The position numbers and the translations under genes are program-made. A DNA stretch of 63,965 nucleotides, the filler included, from Globobulimina sp. (taxonomy: Eukaryota): the NCBI GenBank assembly GCA_003354225.1. It is 57 parts of 57 records of this genome, joined end to end, with 100 filler letters (N's around TTAATTAATTAA, not from the genome) between each part and the next. Parts side by side here need not be neighbours in the genome. Positions count along the whole stretch, not along the records: positions 34,859 to 35,882 come from PIVH01025519.1; positions 35,983 to 37,006 come from PIVH01025520.1; positions 37,107 to 38,130 come from PIVH01025521.1; positions 38,231 to 39,254 come from PIVH01025522.1; positions 39,355 to 40,378 come from PIVH01025523.1; positions 40,479 to 41,502 come from PIVH01025524.1; positions 41,603 to 42,626 come from PIVH01025525.1; positions 42,727 to 43,750 come from PIVH01025526.1; 49 more parts are not named here. One strand, given 5' to 3'. The notes beneath the pieces were generated by a model that saw only the letters and a list, made by a program, of their open reading frames with translations, ran no database searches and had not been told where the DNA came from. Positions 34,759 to 47,597 of the stretch are shown one piece after another. Position 1 is the stretch's first letter. The number at the start of each line of letters is the position of its first letter.

Positions 34759-35046
34759 NNNNNNNNNNNNNNNNNNNNNNNNNNNNNNNNNNNNNNNNNN
34801 NNTTAATTAATTAANNNNNNNNNNNNNNNNNNNNNNNNNNNNNNNNNNNNNNNNNNNNATATAAAATGTCATTCATTGAAAATTCACACACTAAAAAACA
34901 AATGTTTATAACACCAGTCAACACCCAAAAAAACCTCGAAAACCCAGAACAATCAAACACAATTTTTGGAAATTGACTGCAAAAAAAAAAATAATAATTA
35001 ATGCAAAACAATGAAATAAAAATAATACTTAAAAAATAATAATTAC

Positions 35047-35745
35047 TTATTGAGCAACATGATGTGCTTTCTGTTTATGTGTCTTCTTAGCATGTTGTTG
35101 AAAGCCTTGCTGTTGTTTGTGTTGTTGATGAAACTCCGTAAAATAAGGATGAGCCAACGCCTCCTGAGCACTCAACCTTTTGTCCGGATCATACCTCAAA
35201 AATCTCTAAAAAAAACACGTACAAAATTACATTGCGAATTTGCGTCACACCAAAAATAAAAAAAAACACATTAACCACATACCAATAAGATATCCAAGCC
35301 GGTCTTGGACAACGTAGGGAATAATTTGCTCAAATCCCTGGCCTCATACTGCGGGAAATCATTCTTAAACTGCGGCAATTTGGACATATGCGGCCAGGCA
35401 CTTAGCTGCGGCGTGCCTAAAAGCACGAATATTTTCAGCAACTGGTCCTTCTCAGAAGTGCCAGGGAACAGTGGCCGCCCCGTCACCATCTCGGCGAAGA
35501 TGCAGCCGATGCTCCACATATCCACCGAGGTGGAATAATGCTTACTGCCCATCAGGACGTCGGGCGAGCGATACCATAACGTCACCACTTCGTGGGTCAA
35601 GGACCGGACTGGTATTCCAAAGGCGCGCGCCAGCCCAAAGTCAGCCAACTTCAACTGTCCGTGTTGTATATTGATCAATAGATTCTGCGGCTTGAGGTCG
35701 CGATGCAACACACGGTTCTTATGGCAATAATTGATGCCGGATAAA
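35047..35745 (-). CDS. Cyclin-dependent kinase (CDK1/2/5-like), 5'-truncated, intron 35206-35282
   Basis: [37 protein letters not shown]; exon 2 [22 protein letters not shown]. Confidence 0.95.
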
Positions 35746-35982
35746 CAAGGGCTGATTTAACTTTTTGTTTTAAATCTTCCATTTTTTCATTATCATCTGC
35801 TATTGCGTTCAGGATCTTTGGAAATGTTTTGTTATGGCTGTCTGATGCGATGAAATATCTGAGCGTTTTTTTAATAAAATCANNNNNNNNNNNNNNNNNN
35901 NNNNNNNNNNNNNNNNNNNNNNNNNNTTAATTAATTAANNNNNNNNNNNNNNNNNNNNNNNNNNNNNNNNNNNNNNNNNNNN

Positions 35983-36619
35983 AAAGCGTCAAAAACAGTT
36001 TTTTGGGGCCAAAACGGTTAAAAAGTGCTCAAAATTGGGTAATACTCACGAGTCAAACTGAAACCAAGTACGCCGGATCCAACGGTGTCAATTAGAACTT
36101 TCTAGCACAAACGGTTGGTGAGTTATGGGGTCTCGAAGCGAAAATGGTCAAAATTTGGCACTTTGCCAAATAAGCCGATTTTGTGATAAAAAGTATTGCC
36201 CTAGGGTAATTTTTGCCATAGAATTCATTTTTGTTACTCTCATTGTCCGCTGGACTCTCCAAAAGGCATGAACGAGAGTTCCGAATTTGATACCAACCAT
36301 GAAACCAACTTGTGCAGGAGGGTGTTAGGTTCTTGCCTTTTGGAGAGTCCAGCGGCCAATAATAGTAACAAAAATGAATTCTATGGCAAAAATTACCCTA
36401 GGGCAGTACTTTTTATCACAAAATCTGCTTATTTGGCAAAGTGCCAAATTTTTACCATTTTCGTTTCGAGACCCCATAACTCATCAACTATTTGTGCTAG
36501 AACGTTATAGTTGACACCGTTGGATCCAGCGTTCTTGATTTCAGTTTGACTCGTGAGTATTACCCAATTTTGAGCACTTTTTAACCGTTTTGGCCCCAAA
36601 AAACTGTTTTTGACGCTTT
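35983..36619. repeat. Long imperfect palindrome (~290-bp arms, ~55-bp spacer); foldback/MITE-like
   Basis: 35983-36273 is the reverse complement of 36329-36619 with scattered substitutions. Confidence 0.9.
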
Positions 36620-37160
36620 TTGACCATTTTTCGCTCCGACCGGCTTCCGAAAAATGGCCATAATTCCGAGATGGATTATCCGATCGGGCTGAAATTTCTT
36701 TGGCGGTATCCTGCATCCATACTTCATTGATTGTGTGATTTTCAAGAAAATTGGCCCGTTCCCAAAAAAGTCGATTTTTTCGGATTTCATTTTTAACATG
36801 CAAATTTTTCCAAAATTTTCGAATTTTGATAAAATGATCCCAGATTCGCCTGGTTGCAACGATCATTTTTGGTATATAAATGTCTGGGATTGGATATCTA
36901 CCAAAAGAGATATTTGCAAGCAACCTCCAGGGCCAACCTTTTTTAGACAGACTTTAGTTTATTTGAGACATTTTGTGTAACTTAGTGGTAATCAGTAGTG
37001 ATAATTNNNNNNNNNNNNNNNNNNNNNNNNNNNNNNNNNNNNNNNNNNNNTTAATTAATTAANNNNNNNNNNNNNNNNNNNNNNNNNNNNNNNNNNNNNN
37101 NNNNNNGCTTTAAAGCCTTAATCCTTAAAAATACCAATCGTTTGTATTAAATAAACAATT

Positions 37161-38129
37161 TTATTGTCTCAAGCAACTCTTAAATATCATTGTTTGTTGT
37201 TCCGGTTCAATATTGTCGTAATATGTCTTTATTGAACTAATCGATCTCCAATCTCCTTGTTTCATAATTGTTGTTATTGGTACTTTCTTTTTTATGTACC
37301 ATTGCATTCCTCCTTTTCTTGCACTGTGTCCTGCGATTTTCTTTGGTTGAATACCAATTTCTTGTGCCAATTCTTTTAATTTATTGCTCATTCTATATTT
37401 ATTTATGGTTATTCCTTGTTTCAATGTCAATAATTGCTCCTTTTTTAATATTTCTATAGATTTCGTTTCCATTCTTGTTTGCAAAAATATTTTCAAATTA
37501 CATAATGCACATATTCCTTCATTGCATGTACAGATAAAATTTGCAAATAAATCACCTCCAAATTGGTAGGTTTTCCCTTTGTCTCTTTTTAATATGCAAT
37601 AAGTTGAATCTTTGAATTCTTTGCTGCTTAATTTATGTTCAAATTCAAGTTGTTTTATTTTCAATCCTGTTGCATCCTCTTTATTCTCTGTATATTCTGA
37701 TATCCTTTTTATGCCAAAGAAAGGCAAAGTGATCGCAACTAACCACATTTGCTTATCTTGTAATGATAATTTCGTGTCTCTTTTTATTGCGGCAGCCATA
37801 GATTTTAATTGATTTAATTTCAATGCTGATTTGCCTCCTTTTGATGGTCTTGCTCTTTTCTCTTCTTTTATTATGCCATGGACTCTCGGCATATGTTCTT
37901 TTGTTACATTTATATTTATGCTTCTTCCGATTAATAGATCTCGCACTGCGTAAATGTGGCTGTGCATGGCTGACCATCCTATATTGACACATGCATGTTT
38001 CCAAGTGATGAATCCAGCCATTTGTCTTTGGTCACAACTGTTTGGATTCTTGTTGTACAGCCGACAGTATATTAAGTAGTGTTTTTGAGTGCTGGAGTAC
38101 TGCTTTTTAGTTCTCTTTGCGTTTCTGTT
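37161..38129 (-). mobile_element. Tyrosine recombinase of DIRS/Ngaro/Crypton-like element (copy 1), 5'-partial
   Basis: Catalytic set FFGIKRISE (R), KGKT (K), GHSARKGG (HxxR), GDW (W), SIKTYY (Y); upstream in-frame RTKKQYSSTQKHYLIYC. Confidence 0.88.
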
Positions 38130-38521
38130 TNNNNNNNNNNNNNNNNNNNNNNNNNNNNNNNNNNNNNNNNNNNNTTAATTAATTAANNNNNNNNNNNNNN
38201 NNNNNNNNNNNNNNNNNNNNNNNNNNNNNNTTTTTTTATGAGTTTATGTTATATTTATGAGTTGAATATATACTGATACCCTTTGATACTAGTAACAAAA
38301 ATAAAAATCAGTAAAACAATATGAATTAATTAATTAAAACTGGTTAAACTGCTATTTGTGCTGTGCTGTGCTGAGGAAAAAGATGAGTTACTCTGCATTG
38401 TACAATCAAAAAAATGAAATACTACATAACATAACAAAAAAACAAAAAAAAAACGAAAACAAATCATTTGTTATATATTTGGTTATATGTTAAATATGGA
38501 AAGAAGGAAAAAACAGTATAT

Positions 38522-39215
38522 TTATAGTAATTGACATTTGCATCCACCATTATTATTGTTTGACGGTTCAGGTTCAATAATGATATTTTTATCTTTTTTT
38601 CCTTTTGGTTGTTGCCTATTTGGTACTTCTTGTGCTGTAACAGACGCATATTAATTATGTTTAGAATGATGTGTGTTTTGTGCGATTTTGCGTACGCAAA
38701 CAGATAAAAATAAATAAAATACCAATTGATCGAAATATTTCCTTAATATTGGTTGAATTTTTAGCAGAAGTTTCGAAAAATATGAAATTTTTTTCTTTTG
38801 CAAACTCAGAGCCTTCGTCAGTTGACACCTTTCTATTCCCCGCTAAATCCACTTTATTCCCCGCTAAGCCAATGACGACGTGGTTGCCTTCCTGGGTTTG
38901 GACCTCTTCGATCCATTTCCTTGCATTCTCAAATGATTCCCGATTCGTAATGTCATACACAACCAATGCTGCGGACGCACCGCGGTAATACAATGGTGCC
39001 AATGACCTATATTTTTCCTGTCCGGCGGTGTCCCATATCTCAAATTTTACCAAATAATCGCCCACTGATACGCTTTGAGTCAAAAATGTGGCGCCAATGG
39101 TTGGGAATTTATATTGATCGAATTCATTTTTCACAAATCGAATAACTACGGATGATTTACCAACGCGACTATCTCCTAATAACACTAACTTCACTGTCAA
39201 CGGTTGCGTTGTCAT
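38522..39215 (-). CDS. RAB5: Rab5-family GTPase, complete, intron 38635-38722
   Basis: GDSRVGKSS, PTIGATFLTQ, WDTAGQEKYRSLAPLYYRGA, GNKVD, ETSAK; exon 2 ends GGCKCQLL*. Confidence 0.9.
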
Positions 39216-39354
39216 GATAAAAGATACTCACTTTCTTAGTTTTTTTTTACTTGANNNNNNNNNNNNNNNNNNNNNNNNNNNNNNNNNNNNNNNNNNNNTT
39301 AATTAATTAANNNNNNNNNNNNNNNNNNNNNNNNNNNNNNNNNNNNNNNNNNNN

Positions 39355-40378
39355 AATGCCGCATTATTTCAATTTTTCATCAAATCGCCCGCAGTAAATT
39401 CAATAAACAATTTATTAACAAACATTATTAGAAACAGAAAGAAAAAACCAACCACCATAACAACCCAAAATATTAAATTGGATCAACTCCCAAAACAAGT
39501 GATTGGTGTCACTGCATCTTTTATGAAACAATATGATTATATTCATTTTAGTAAATCAAATCGATCCATATTTTTAGGCTGCAATTCACCAAATTTAATG
39601 CAAGAATTACAGATCACAAAAATACAAAATTATTCATCAATTAATTTAAAATCATACCGATTCCTAAAAACATTGGCAATGGATTTAAATCTGTTCAATG
39701 AATTAAAAATAAATAATCAAAGTAATGTTATGAATGAAGTAAATAAAATCGAATTAGATGGTGCAGCGAAATCGGACATTGATATTAATGCATTTATGAC
39801 ACAAAATTTTATAAATGCCCGTAATGTAAAAACATTAAGTTTTTGTAATTTTGGAAGAAGTCGAAATCCTTTTAATTCTGCGAAATTAAACACACTTTTA
39901 ACGAAGTTTCCAAACATACAATATTGTTCATTCATGGCTATGACCATAAATATTGACGCAAATAAAATTAAAACAGCATGGCCACATTTAAGAGGTTTAC
40001 AACTTCTCGCATGTCACAGACAAACATTACGATCATTGCTTAATGCATTTGGACATAAATTGGATTGTTTAGGTTTTTTGCAACCGGACAACACTGATTA
40101 TAATTTATGCAATATTGATTTTTGTAGATTAGAACAATTGAAATTGTATACACCAACTAACAAATCCATAAATGATATATTAAGAACAGCAGTTAATTTA
40201 AAAAAAATATATGTATGTCCAACATTGGGGACCGAAAAAATATTTTTAACCGAAAAAGAAACAAAAGAAACAATAATTAAATTGATGGTGACGTGTAAAT
40301 ATTTGCAGTATATTCAATTTAGAGATGATGGTAAATTATTTGAATCGATATTGGTTGGTATTGAAAAAGGATTATTTA
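39355..40378 (+). CDS. F-box-like N-terminus + degenerate LRR-like protein, partial
   Basis: LDQLPKQVIGVTASFM; LxxLxL-type repeats. Confidence 0.55.
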
Positions 40379-40478
40379 NNNNNNNNNNNNNNNNNNNNNN
40401 NNNNNNNNNNNNNNNNNNNNNNTTAATTAATTAANNNNNNNNNNNNNNNNNNNNNNNNNNNNNNNNNNNNNNNNNNNN

Positions 40479-41010
40479 TATAATAAGGATTATTTTTCTC
40501 CTCCTTTTCTTTTTGTTGTTGGATTTGGTAAAAATCCCTCGCAAATTTCCTCACAATCTTGGCATAGTTTACATTGTGATTGGCGTCCTCCTGCTGTCCC
40601 TGATGCGTTTCATGCTTTTTTACAAACTCTAATAAGCCACCAACCAAATCCCAATTAATTATGGAAGAATGCACATGTGCACAATGTTTCTTGACGGAAA
40701 GACAAGATTTGAATGGTCGCTCACAAAAGGGACACAAGTATGGACGGAGGCAACATTCCGAATATTGCTGATGTTTCACCACATCCTGTTGATAAAAAAA
40801 CGTTGCTCCACATTTATCGCAATGAAATTTATAATCCTCGTCATTAAAATGCGGAGATATGTTGTGATTATTTATTTGATATCTTTTCCTGCCGCGGATT
40901 ACCGGCATGGCCAACCGCGTTAAATTCAAACTCTTCAAATCGCGGATTGAGGAAATATTACATGTGTTCAAATTCGGTAAGTTGGTTAAAAAAGTATTGG
41001 CTGTATCCAG
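40479..41010 (-). CDS. C2H2 zinc-finger protein exon (further exon ~41085-41250)
   Basis: FHCDKCGATF..VVKHQ and YLCPFCERPF..KKHCAHVH. Confidence 0.8.
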
Positions 41011-41821
41011 TCTACAAAAATAAAAATAAAAATATATATTAGGACTTATAAATATAAACATACATTTTGGGTGGAATTGCAATATTTTGTTGGTTTTGTT
41101 GCATATAAATATCGTTATCTTGCGAAGATGTGCTACCTTCCTCGTTATTGTTCGTTGACGGCGCAGAAGGGGCCGATGATGGATTGAGTCGCGATTGAGA
41201 CTGTGACTGTGGCTGAGACGGAGGGACCTTATTTTTATGTGCGCTGTGTACCAAAATATATGTAATTACATAATGATTGTTTGCAAATTAAATATGAAAC
41301 ATACCGTTGGTGACTGGCCAAAGCACGGTTTGTCTTAAACGTTCGGCGACATTTTTTACAGTGAAACTCGCCTTCATTTTTGATTATTTTTTTATTTTTT
41401 TTCGTGTCTTTTTTGGGATTTTTAGCTGTTTGTTTTTTTCTCTTTGGACTTATTTTTTTCTTTTTGTGGGTACGTTTTTGTTTTCTTTCATTAATATTTG
41501 TTNNNNNNNNNNNNNNNNNNNNNNNNNNNNNNNNNNNNNNNNNNNNTTAATTAATTAANNNNNNNNNNNNNNNNNNNNNNNNNNNNNNNNNNNNNNNNNN
41601 NNTGTTTATGTATATTTATGGGAAAATAATGAAATGTATTAATAAAAAAAAAGATAAAAAAATAAAAGATGAGTGAATGGAATGGAGAATCGGAGAAAGA
41701 TGAAATTAAAAATAACCTAAAAAAATAACCTAGCCGCACAATAACCTAAAAAAATAAACAGAAAATACACATATTACCATTCATGCTTGGCTCAAAAACC
41801 TTTTTCTTAAAGTTTTGAAGA

Positions 41822-42626
41822 ATGATCATGAGCAGTATGAGCACCAGAGAAACCTATATTATATTAATGATTACAACATTAACAATACTGTTCGTTATCT
41901 GGCTACTAACATTGCAACAATTGTGCGTGACGGAAGTCTCCGCTAAGCAACGATTAAAATCTACATTTTTAGCTGTAATATGGACATCATTTGCTATTAT
42001 AGCCAATCTGTTAATTTATGCATCAGCTATATTCCATCCTAGCTTTAATATTTACAGAAATGTACATATTTCATTGTCAACCATAGCGATTATATTTGAA
42101 GGTTTTTATATGTGTGTTGGATTTCATATATTCCGCTTATTCCATTTGGCGGTGATGAATCAGTTATATTCTTCGACAAATACTGCGCCACCAAAAATGT
42201 ACACGTATATATTCAACATATTGGAGTGTTTTTTAATTATAATGATATTCATTTGTTACTCATTTGTTTTTATTTTTGCTAATTACTGGCTCATCATATT
42301 TTATATCATTATATCTCTCGTAATTGTAATACTTACAATGTATTCGCTGCATATTTTAGCTAAAATCTTAAAAATATTAAATAGTGTGCAGTTAATGGAG
42401 GAAAATAATAAAGATATAGTTTATGCGAAACGGTATATTAAAGCCGGATATATCACAGAAACAACAATCGCCATTTATTGTGCTTTCAATATATTAGTAT
42501 CATTGGATATTATTTTCGATTTCGGAAATATTTTATTCAATCGATTATTATCCATTCTTTTCTCACATTCAGTGCTTAGTATTGGACTTGGATTGCTTTT
42601 ACTCCCTCCCATCTACCGGTCACGGA
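41822..42626 (+). CDS. Multi-pass (about 7 TM) membrane protein, GPCR-like topology, 3'-partial
   Basis: About seven hydrophobic segments with basic loops. Confidence 0.6.
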
Positions 42627-42726
42627 NNNNNNNNNNNNNNNNNNNNNNNNNNNNNNNNNNNNNNNNNNNNTTAATTAATTAANNNNNNNNNNNNNNNNNN
42701 NNNNNNNNNNNNNNNNNNNNNNNNNN

Positions 42727-43750
42727 AAATTACGCAAAAAAAATACAAATACAACACCTAAAACATCTAAAATATGCATATGATGATGATATAAGTAATG
42801 TGTTTGTAAAAGATTTGAATCAAACATTCTCTGCACAACAAAATAAAATTATTCTCGATTTAAATATAATTAAAAATAATTATTATTCCTTTTGTGATTC
42901 ATTAATATCCCCAGATGAGAATTGGATTAATTTACTATTATTAGCGAAATTATTTGCAAATTTAAAAGAAGTGATTGTTCGATATATGTATATTGATACT
43001 GTTACAATGCAAAATTTATTATATTCATTATCTCAAAATGTTTTTACATCAAAAAATAGCAAAATTGAATCTATTTCGTTTGAGAATGTATTATTATTTG
43101 ATGATAAATTATTAATCGCTTTTGAACATGATTTAGCAATGAAAGGATGGTCCATTGTAAAAAATGCACAAAAAAACATCACAATCACGAAAATGAAACA
43201 CGATTTAACATTGGTAATAAATTTGAGTAATACCTCGCTGTCAAATATTACATTTAAACATTGTCCGCTTTCATTGATTGCAGAATCTATATTACCATCA
43301 CCAGAATATGAGATATTATGCCATAGCATGGACATTGTTCAATGTCTATCGTTAGAACAACAACTATATATCCTAAAATACGCATTTTTATATTCTAATC
43401 CTAATAAATGTGAATATGTTTTAAATACGATATTAAATGATAAAGAAATTAATAATTCGTGCATTCAACTTTTATGCAAATTGCTTCATTGTTACTATGA
43501 AAAAACAAAGTTATTCAATCGAAGTAATTATTTTGCAATGGCGAATACAATCCATTGGTATGGTAGTTCATTATTGATCCACCTGATTCGATATAACAAT
43601 GACAGCAAATTATTATTCAATCCCTGGCTGTATCAATTTATTGACTGTTTAAATAAAACCAACAGTGCAAAGATAACACAATTGCTACAAACCCGAAATG
43701 AAAGAAATATAAATATAATGCAATTAGTTTGTAAAATAAATAAATTAGAA
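42727..43750 (+). CDS. Hypothetical protein, internal fragment
   Basis: Frame open >310 codons at very low GC. Confidence 0.55.
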
Positions 43751-43850
43751 NNNNNNNNNNNNNNNNNNNNNNNNNNNNNNNNNNNNNNNNNNNNTTAATT
43801 AATTAANNNNNNNNNNNNNNNNNNNNNNNNNNNNNNNNNNNNNNNNNNNN

Positions 43851-44455
43851 CATCCACCAATTTGGATGATATCACGAGCAGTGACATCGTAGACGTCGAC
43901 CAAGATGAATTTGAAGCCTTTTTTAAGAAAGCCCAACAATATCGAGGTAGGGGAATGAGTTTAGCGCGAATCAAATCCGCCTCTTCCGATGTGAATAAGT
44001 CCACGAAATTAGGTGAGTTGATCGAGGATTTAGCATTAGACGGCGCCGAGATTGATTTTGCTTTATTGAAAACTGCACTAAGTACTATCGACTGTCACCC
44101 ACCCGATAAGGACCTAAAATATTTAATAAATCACGTGTCGTCGGACGGGACCGGCTTTGTGGATTTCAATTATCTGATTACGTTTTTGCAGGAAACCTCG
44201 GGAGTGCCGGCTACGAAATGGCGGCGGATAGAAAAGATTATCCATAAAGTGGTGAATCAGTTGAAAATGGTGGAAAGGGCGGAGTTGCGGAGACAACAAC
44301 AAAAGGAAAAATTGAACGCGAGGTTAGAGAAAACGAGGAATTCTCGGTTGCCTAAAACAAACGAGACTGCGGAGGAAATGGCCAAATTGGCAGCGGAAGA
44401 GAGGCGAATGAGAGCATTGAAATTAAGGGATAAAGCTAAAAATGTAAAAAAATAA
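43851..44455 (+). CDS. EF-hand-like protein with C-terminal coiled coil, 5'-partial
   Basis: VSSDGTGFVDFNYLI degenerate EF loop. Confidence 0.6.
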
Positions 44456-45880
44456 ATACATCACATGTGCTGTGCTTTGTATGTGTCAATTTGATATGAT
44501 TTGTGTGTGTGACTTTTTCCGTTGTGTTTTATTTATTGGTGAATACCTTCATTATAGCAAATGTTATTTATCACTTTCAATTTTTTTTCCTTTCTGTCTA
44601 GCCTGTAGTTGTAAAACGTTTCTCAGATAATTGAATAAAATGTATACAACTTGACCAGGGGGGATCTTTTGGAATATATCGTTCATGGTCCTTCGTAAGA
44701 CGTAAGTTTTTTTTTTTTCTTCGAAACTTTAAGAAATCAATTACTTTAGAATAGGACCTGTTTGAAACACATTTTTTTTTAAAATTACAGTTTGAATTCA
44801 AAACATTTCGTTTTTGAAACACTGCCTGTTTATAGCCTATGGGCGTATGAATGTAATATTCTATACATCACGAANNNNNNNNNNNNNNNNNNNNNNNNNN
44901 NNNNNNNNNNNNNNNNNNTTAATTAATTAANNNNNNNNNNNNNNNNNNNNNNNNNNNNNNNNNNNNNNNNNNNNATCACACTGTTCACATCATGCCACTC
45001 CATGGACTTCATTACATGAATAAACTCATGCTGGCAAAATCAGAGATGAAAGCACTCATATTAAACTGATTTTTACAATACTTGTCTATCTTTTAGATTT
45101 CCAACTTTCAACTTTCGGGATTTATGACTTTCGGGAATTAGTATTTTGGATTGTATACTACATATAGCAGCGTCGGGGAGGTTTTTTCGTTTCTATGACT
45201 TACATTTCGTTTTCCAGATTCGTTGTCACGCTGCAAAATGTGTATACAACGCTATTGGCAAAGTTGTAAAGTATCAAAGTCAGAAAGAAAGACAACTATT
45301 ATAAAAATTGATATAGAGACAAGTATTATAAAAACCAGTTTAATGGCCCTAAATTCACAAACATTTGGTCTATTTGGTATGTGACAGTGCGTAACTTTTT
45401 TCATTTTTGTAACCCATATTTTAGACATTATTTCTGCGAAAACAGAGGGTACAACGATAAACATAGATGCTCCCCACAAATTTAACAGTGTTACGCATGG
45501 TTCTGATATGCATATTCGGACAGGAATTTAGGAGCAAAGACAGCACGAACGAAACCTCGTGCACAGGAAAAAAATGTATCGACTTTGAATTCATATTTGG
45601 ATATTATGGAAATTTCAAGAAAAAAATATTATTTTCCGATAAGAAATAATAGCAGACTGGACTGTATAATGGCAAAATATGGAGCTGGAATAGATATTAA
45701 ATAACATCTACGGATAACATGGGATAAGAAAAATTGAATTGGAGACTGCTTGCACTGCTTGTTCTCTGTGCAATGGATATACTTATAAATATGGTGAAAG
45801 GAATCAAAGGATGGAGAAATATTTTAACATCAATTTTTCTGAATCAAGGTTTGAGTATTGTAAAAGCTTTTGAGTGCTTG

Positions 45881-45918
45881 TACAGTAGTGTTCCCGATAA
45901 GAGGTACGCATATTAGTA
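45881..45918 (+). mobile_element. Putative Tc1/mariner/pogo-type terminal repeat (copy 2)
   Basis: TACAGTAGTGTTCCCGATAAGAGGTACGCATATTAGTA, identical to reverse complement of 15793-15830. Confidence 0.7.
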
Positions 45919-46165
45919 CTAATATTATATATTATACAGCTAATATATATATTAGACTGCGAAGTTTCCCTTAGGATTCGAATAATATATATGATTTNNN
46001 NNNNNNNNNNNNNNNNNNNNNNNNNNNNNNNNNNNNNNNNNTTAATTAATTAANNNNNNNNNNNNNNNNNNNNNNNNNNNNNNNNNNNNNNNNNNNNACA
46101 ACAATTGCTGAATTGCAAAAAGCACATTTAAACAACAATTATACAGAAATATATTAGCAAATAAC

Positions 46166-46996
46166 ATGATTTATTTATTATTTTTAGGATGGCTGTTAGC
46201 ATTTGTATCTGGGGAAACAACATGTACCGAGGGGTATTTTACAACTTCCAACCAATGGAATGGTATTACACATAATAATACTGAATGTGTATTTCATTGT
46301 TATGATAGTAACACAAATATCCGTTCACCACAAACTGAATTATCATGGACCTCCATTGTTGAAGCGTGTCATGCCGTAGAAAGAGGCATAGGTTTCGGTT
46401 ATTGTGCAAACGGAGTCAAATCAGATTTAGTATGGCCTGACAGTTGTGCTTGTCCATATTGCAGCTGCGACACACAAGATGTTACAGCAACAGAACAAAC
46501 AGTACAGAACAAACAATATTTAGAAAAAGAATGTTTTTCATGTATGTGTGATACAGTGCCAGGTACAACAGAATTAGGATATCAATGTGACAGTTTATAT
46601 TATGTGAATACGCCATATAATTGGAATGATTTTCGATGTCCAGCCACAGCCTGTACAGCTGCAGACGGGGGCCTTACTCGTTATGCCGGACAATCATATT
46701 TTAAAGACCAGGCTGTTGGTGAAGAATGTACAACATTTTGTTATTGTGGTGCTGATGGAACAGAAACCTGTGCCACTGGTTTCGATAATATTTTATCATC
46801 AACCAATGCCGCTTTAAAATCCTCATTTTTTGATAAGTGTTCGTATTATATTGAAGATTGTATTGACGATCCTGACAGAATGTTTACAAGTAATTCGGGT
46901 ACATATTGTCCCGATTCTTGTTATTATGTTAGTTGTAAATGCCCAAATGGTGCAAATGTTGGTGATATCTGGTATACTGAAGTATACTTGAAATGA
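46166..46996 (+). CDS. Secreted cysteine-rich protein with VWC-like CxxCxC modules
   Basis: Signal peptide; CFSCMC, CTTFCYC, CPYCSC. Confidence 0.7.
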   Translation: MIYLLFLGWLLAFVSGETTCTEGYFTTSNQWNGITHNNTECVFHCYDSNTNIRSPQTELSWTSIVEACHAVERGIGFGYCANGVKSDLVWPDSCACPYCSCDTQDVTATEQTVQNKQYLEKECFSCMCDTVPGTTELGYQCDSLYYVNTPYNWNDFRCPATACTAADGGLTRYAGQSYFKDQAVGEECTTFCYCGADGTETCATGFDNILSSTNAALKSSFFDKCSYYIEDCIDDPDRMFTSNSGTYCPDSCYYVSCKCPNGANVGDIWYTEVYLK

Positions 46997-47597
46997 AATT
47001 CAACATCACTTTTTTAAGCAGATGCAAAGCAGACTGAAAAAGGCCGACTTTTATGGTAGCTTTCGCACTGGATACTCTGAAATGACGATTTTAAACATGT
47101 TATGAAGATCCTGAAATATTNNNNNNNNNNNNNNNNNNNNNNNNNNNNNNNNNNNNNNNNNNNNTTAATTAATTAANNNNNNNNNNNNNNNNNNNNNNNN
47201 NNNNNNNNNNNNNNNNNNNNAGTTATTGCCCATGGTCAGCATACTTAGTTATAAAGTGAAGCACTCAAATGTTAGTAAAAATAGAAAATTTAAATGTTGA
47301 TTGAAGAAATGAACAAAAAGCAAAAACCCTATTGTGTATGGCTCTATGAGACTAATACAAAATTCATTGGCGAGGGTTAGTATTTAACACAACTTGTCTG
47401 ACATGGCAAAGGCTACAATTTGATTGGAGTGAATGGAGTCCATAATCGAGAATGTAATGTCAGAATATTATTGGAATACATATTATAATGGAGACAGAAT
47501 GAATACAAATTTTCGATATAATGCAGACGGTGCACCAGATATAAAAATAAAAGGACTTGAAAAGTTGAGTAAATAATTTCAATCCAAACATTTTAGT

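Noticed and set aside
36268-36980. ORFs within the palindromic contig
   Set aside because: No recognisable motifs; they overlap a non-coding inverted repeat.
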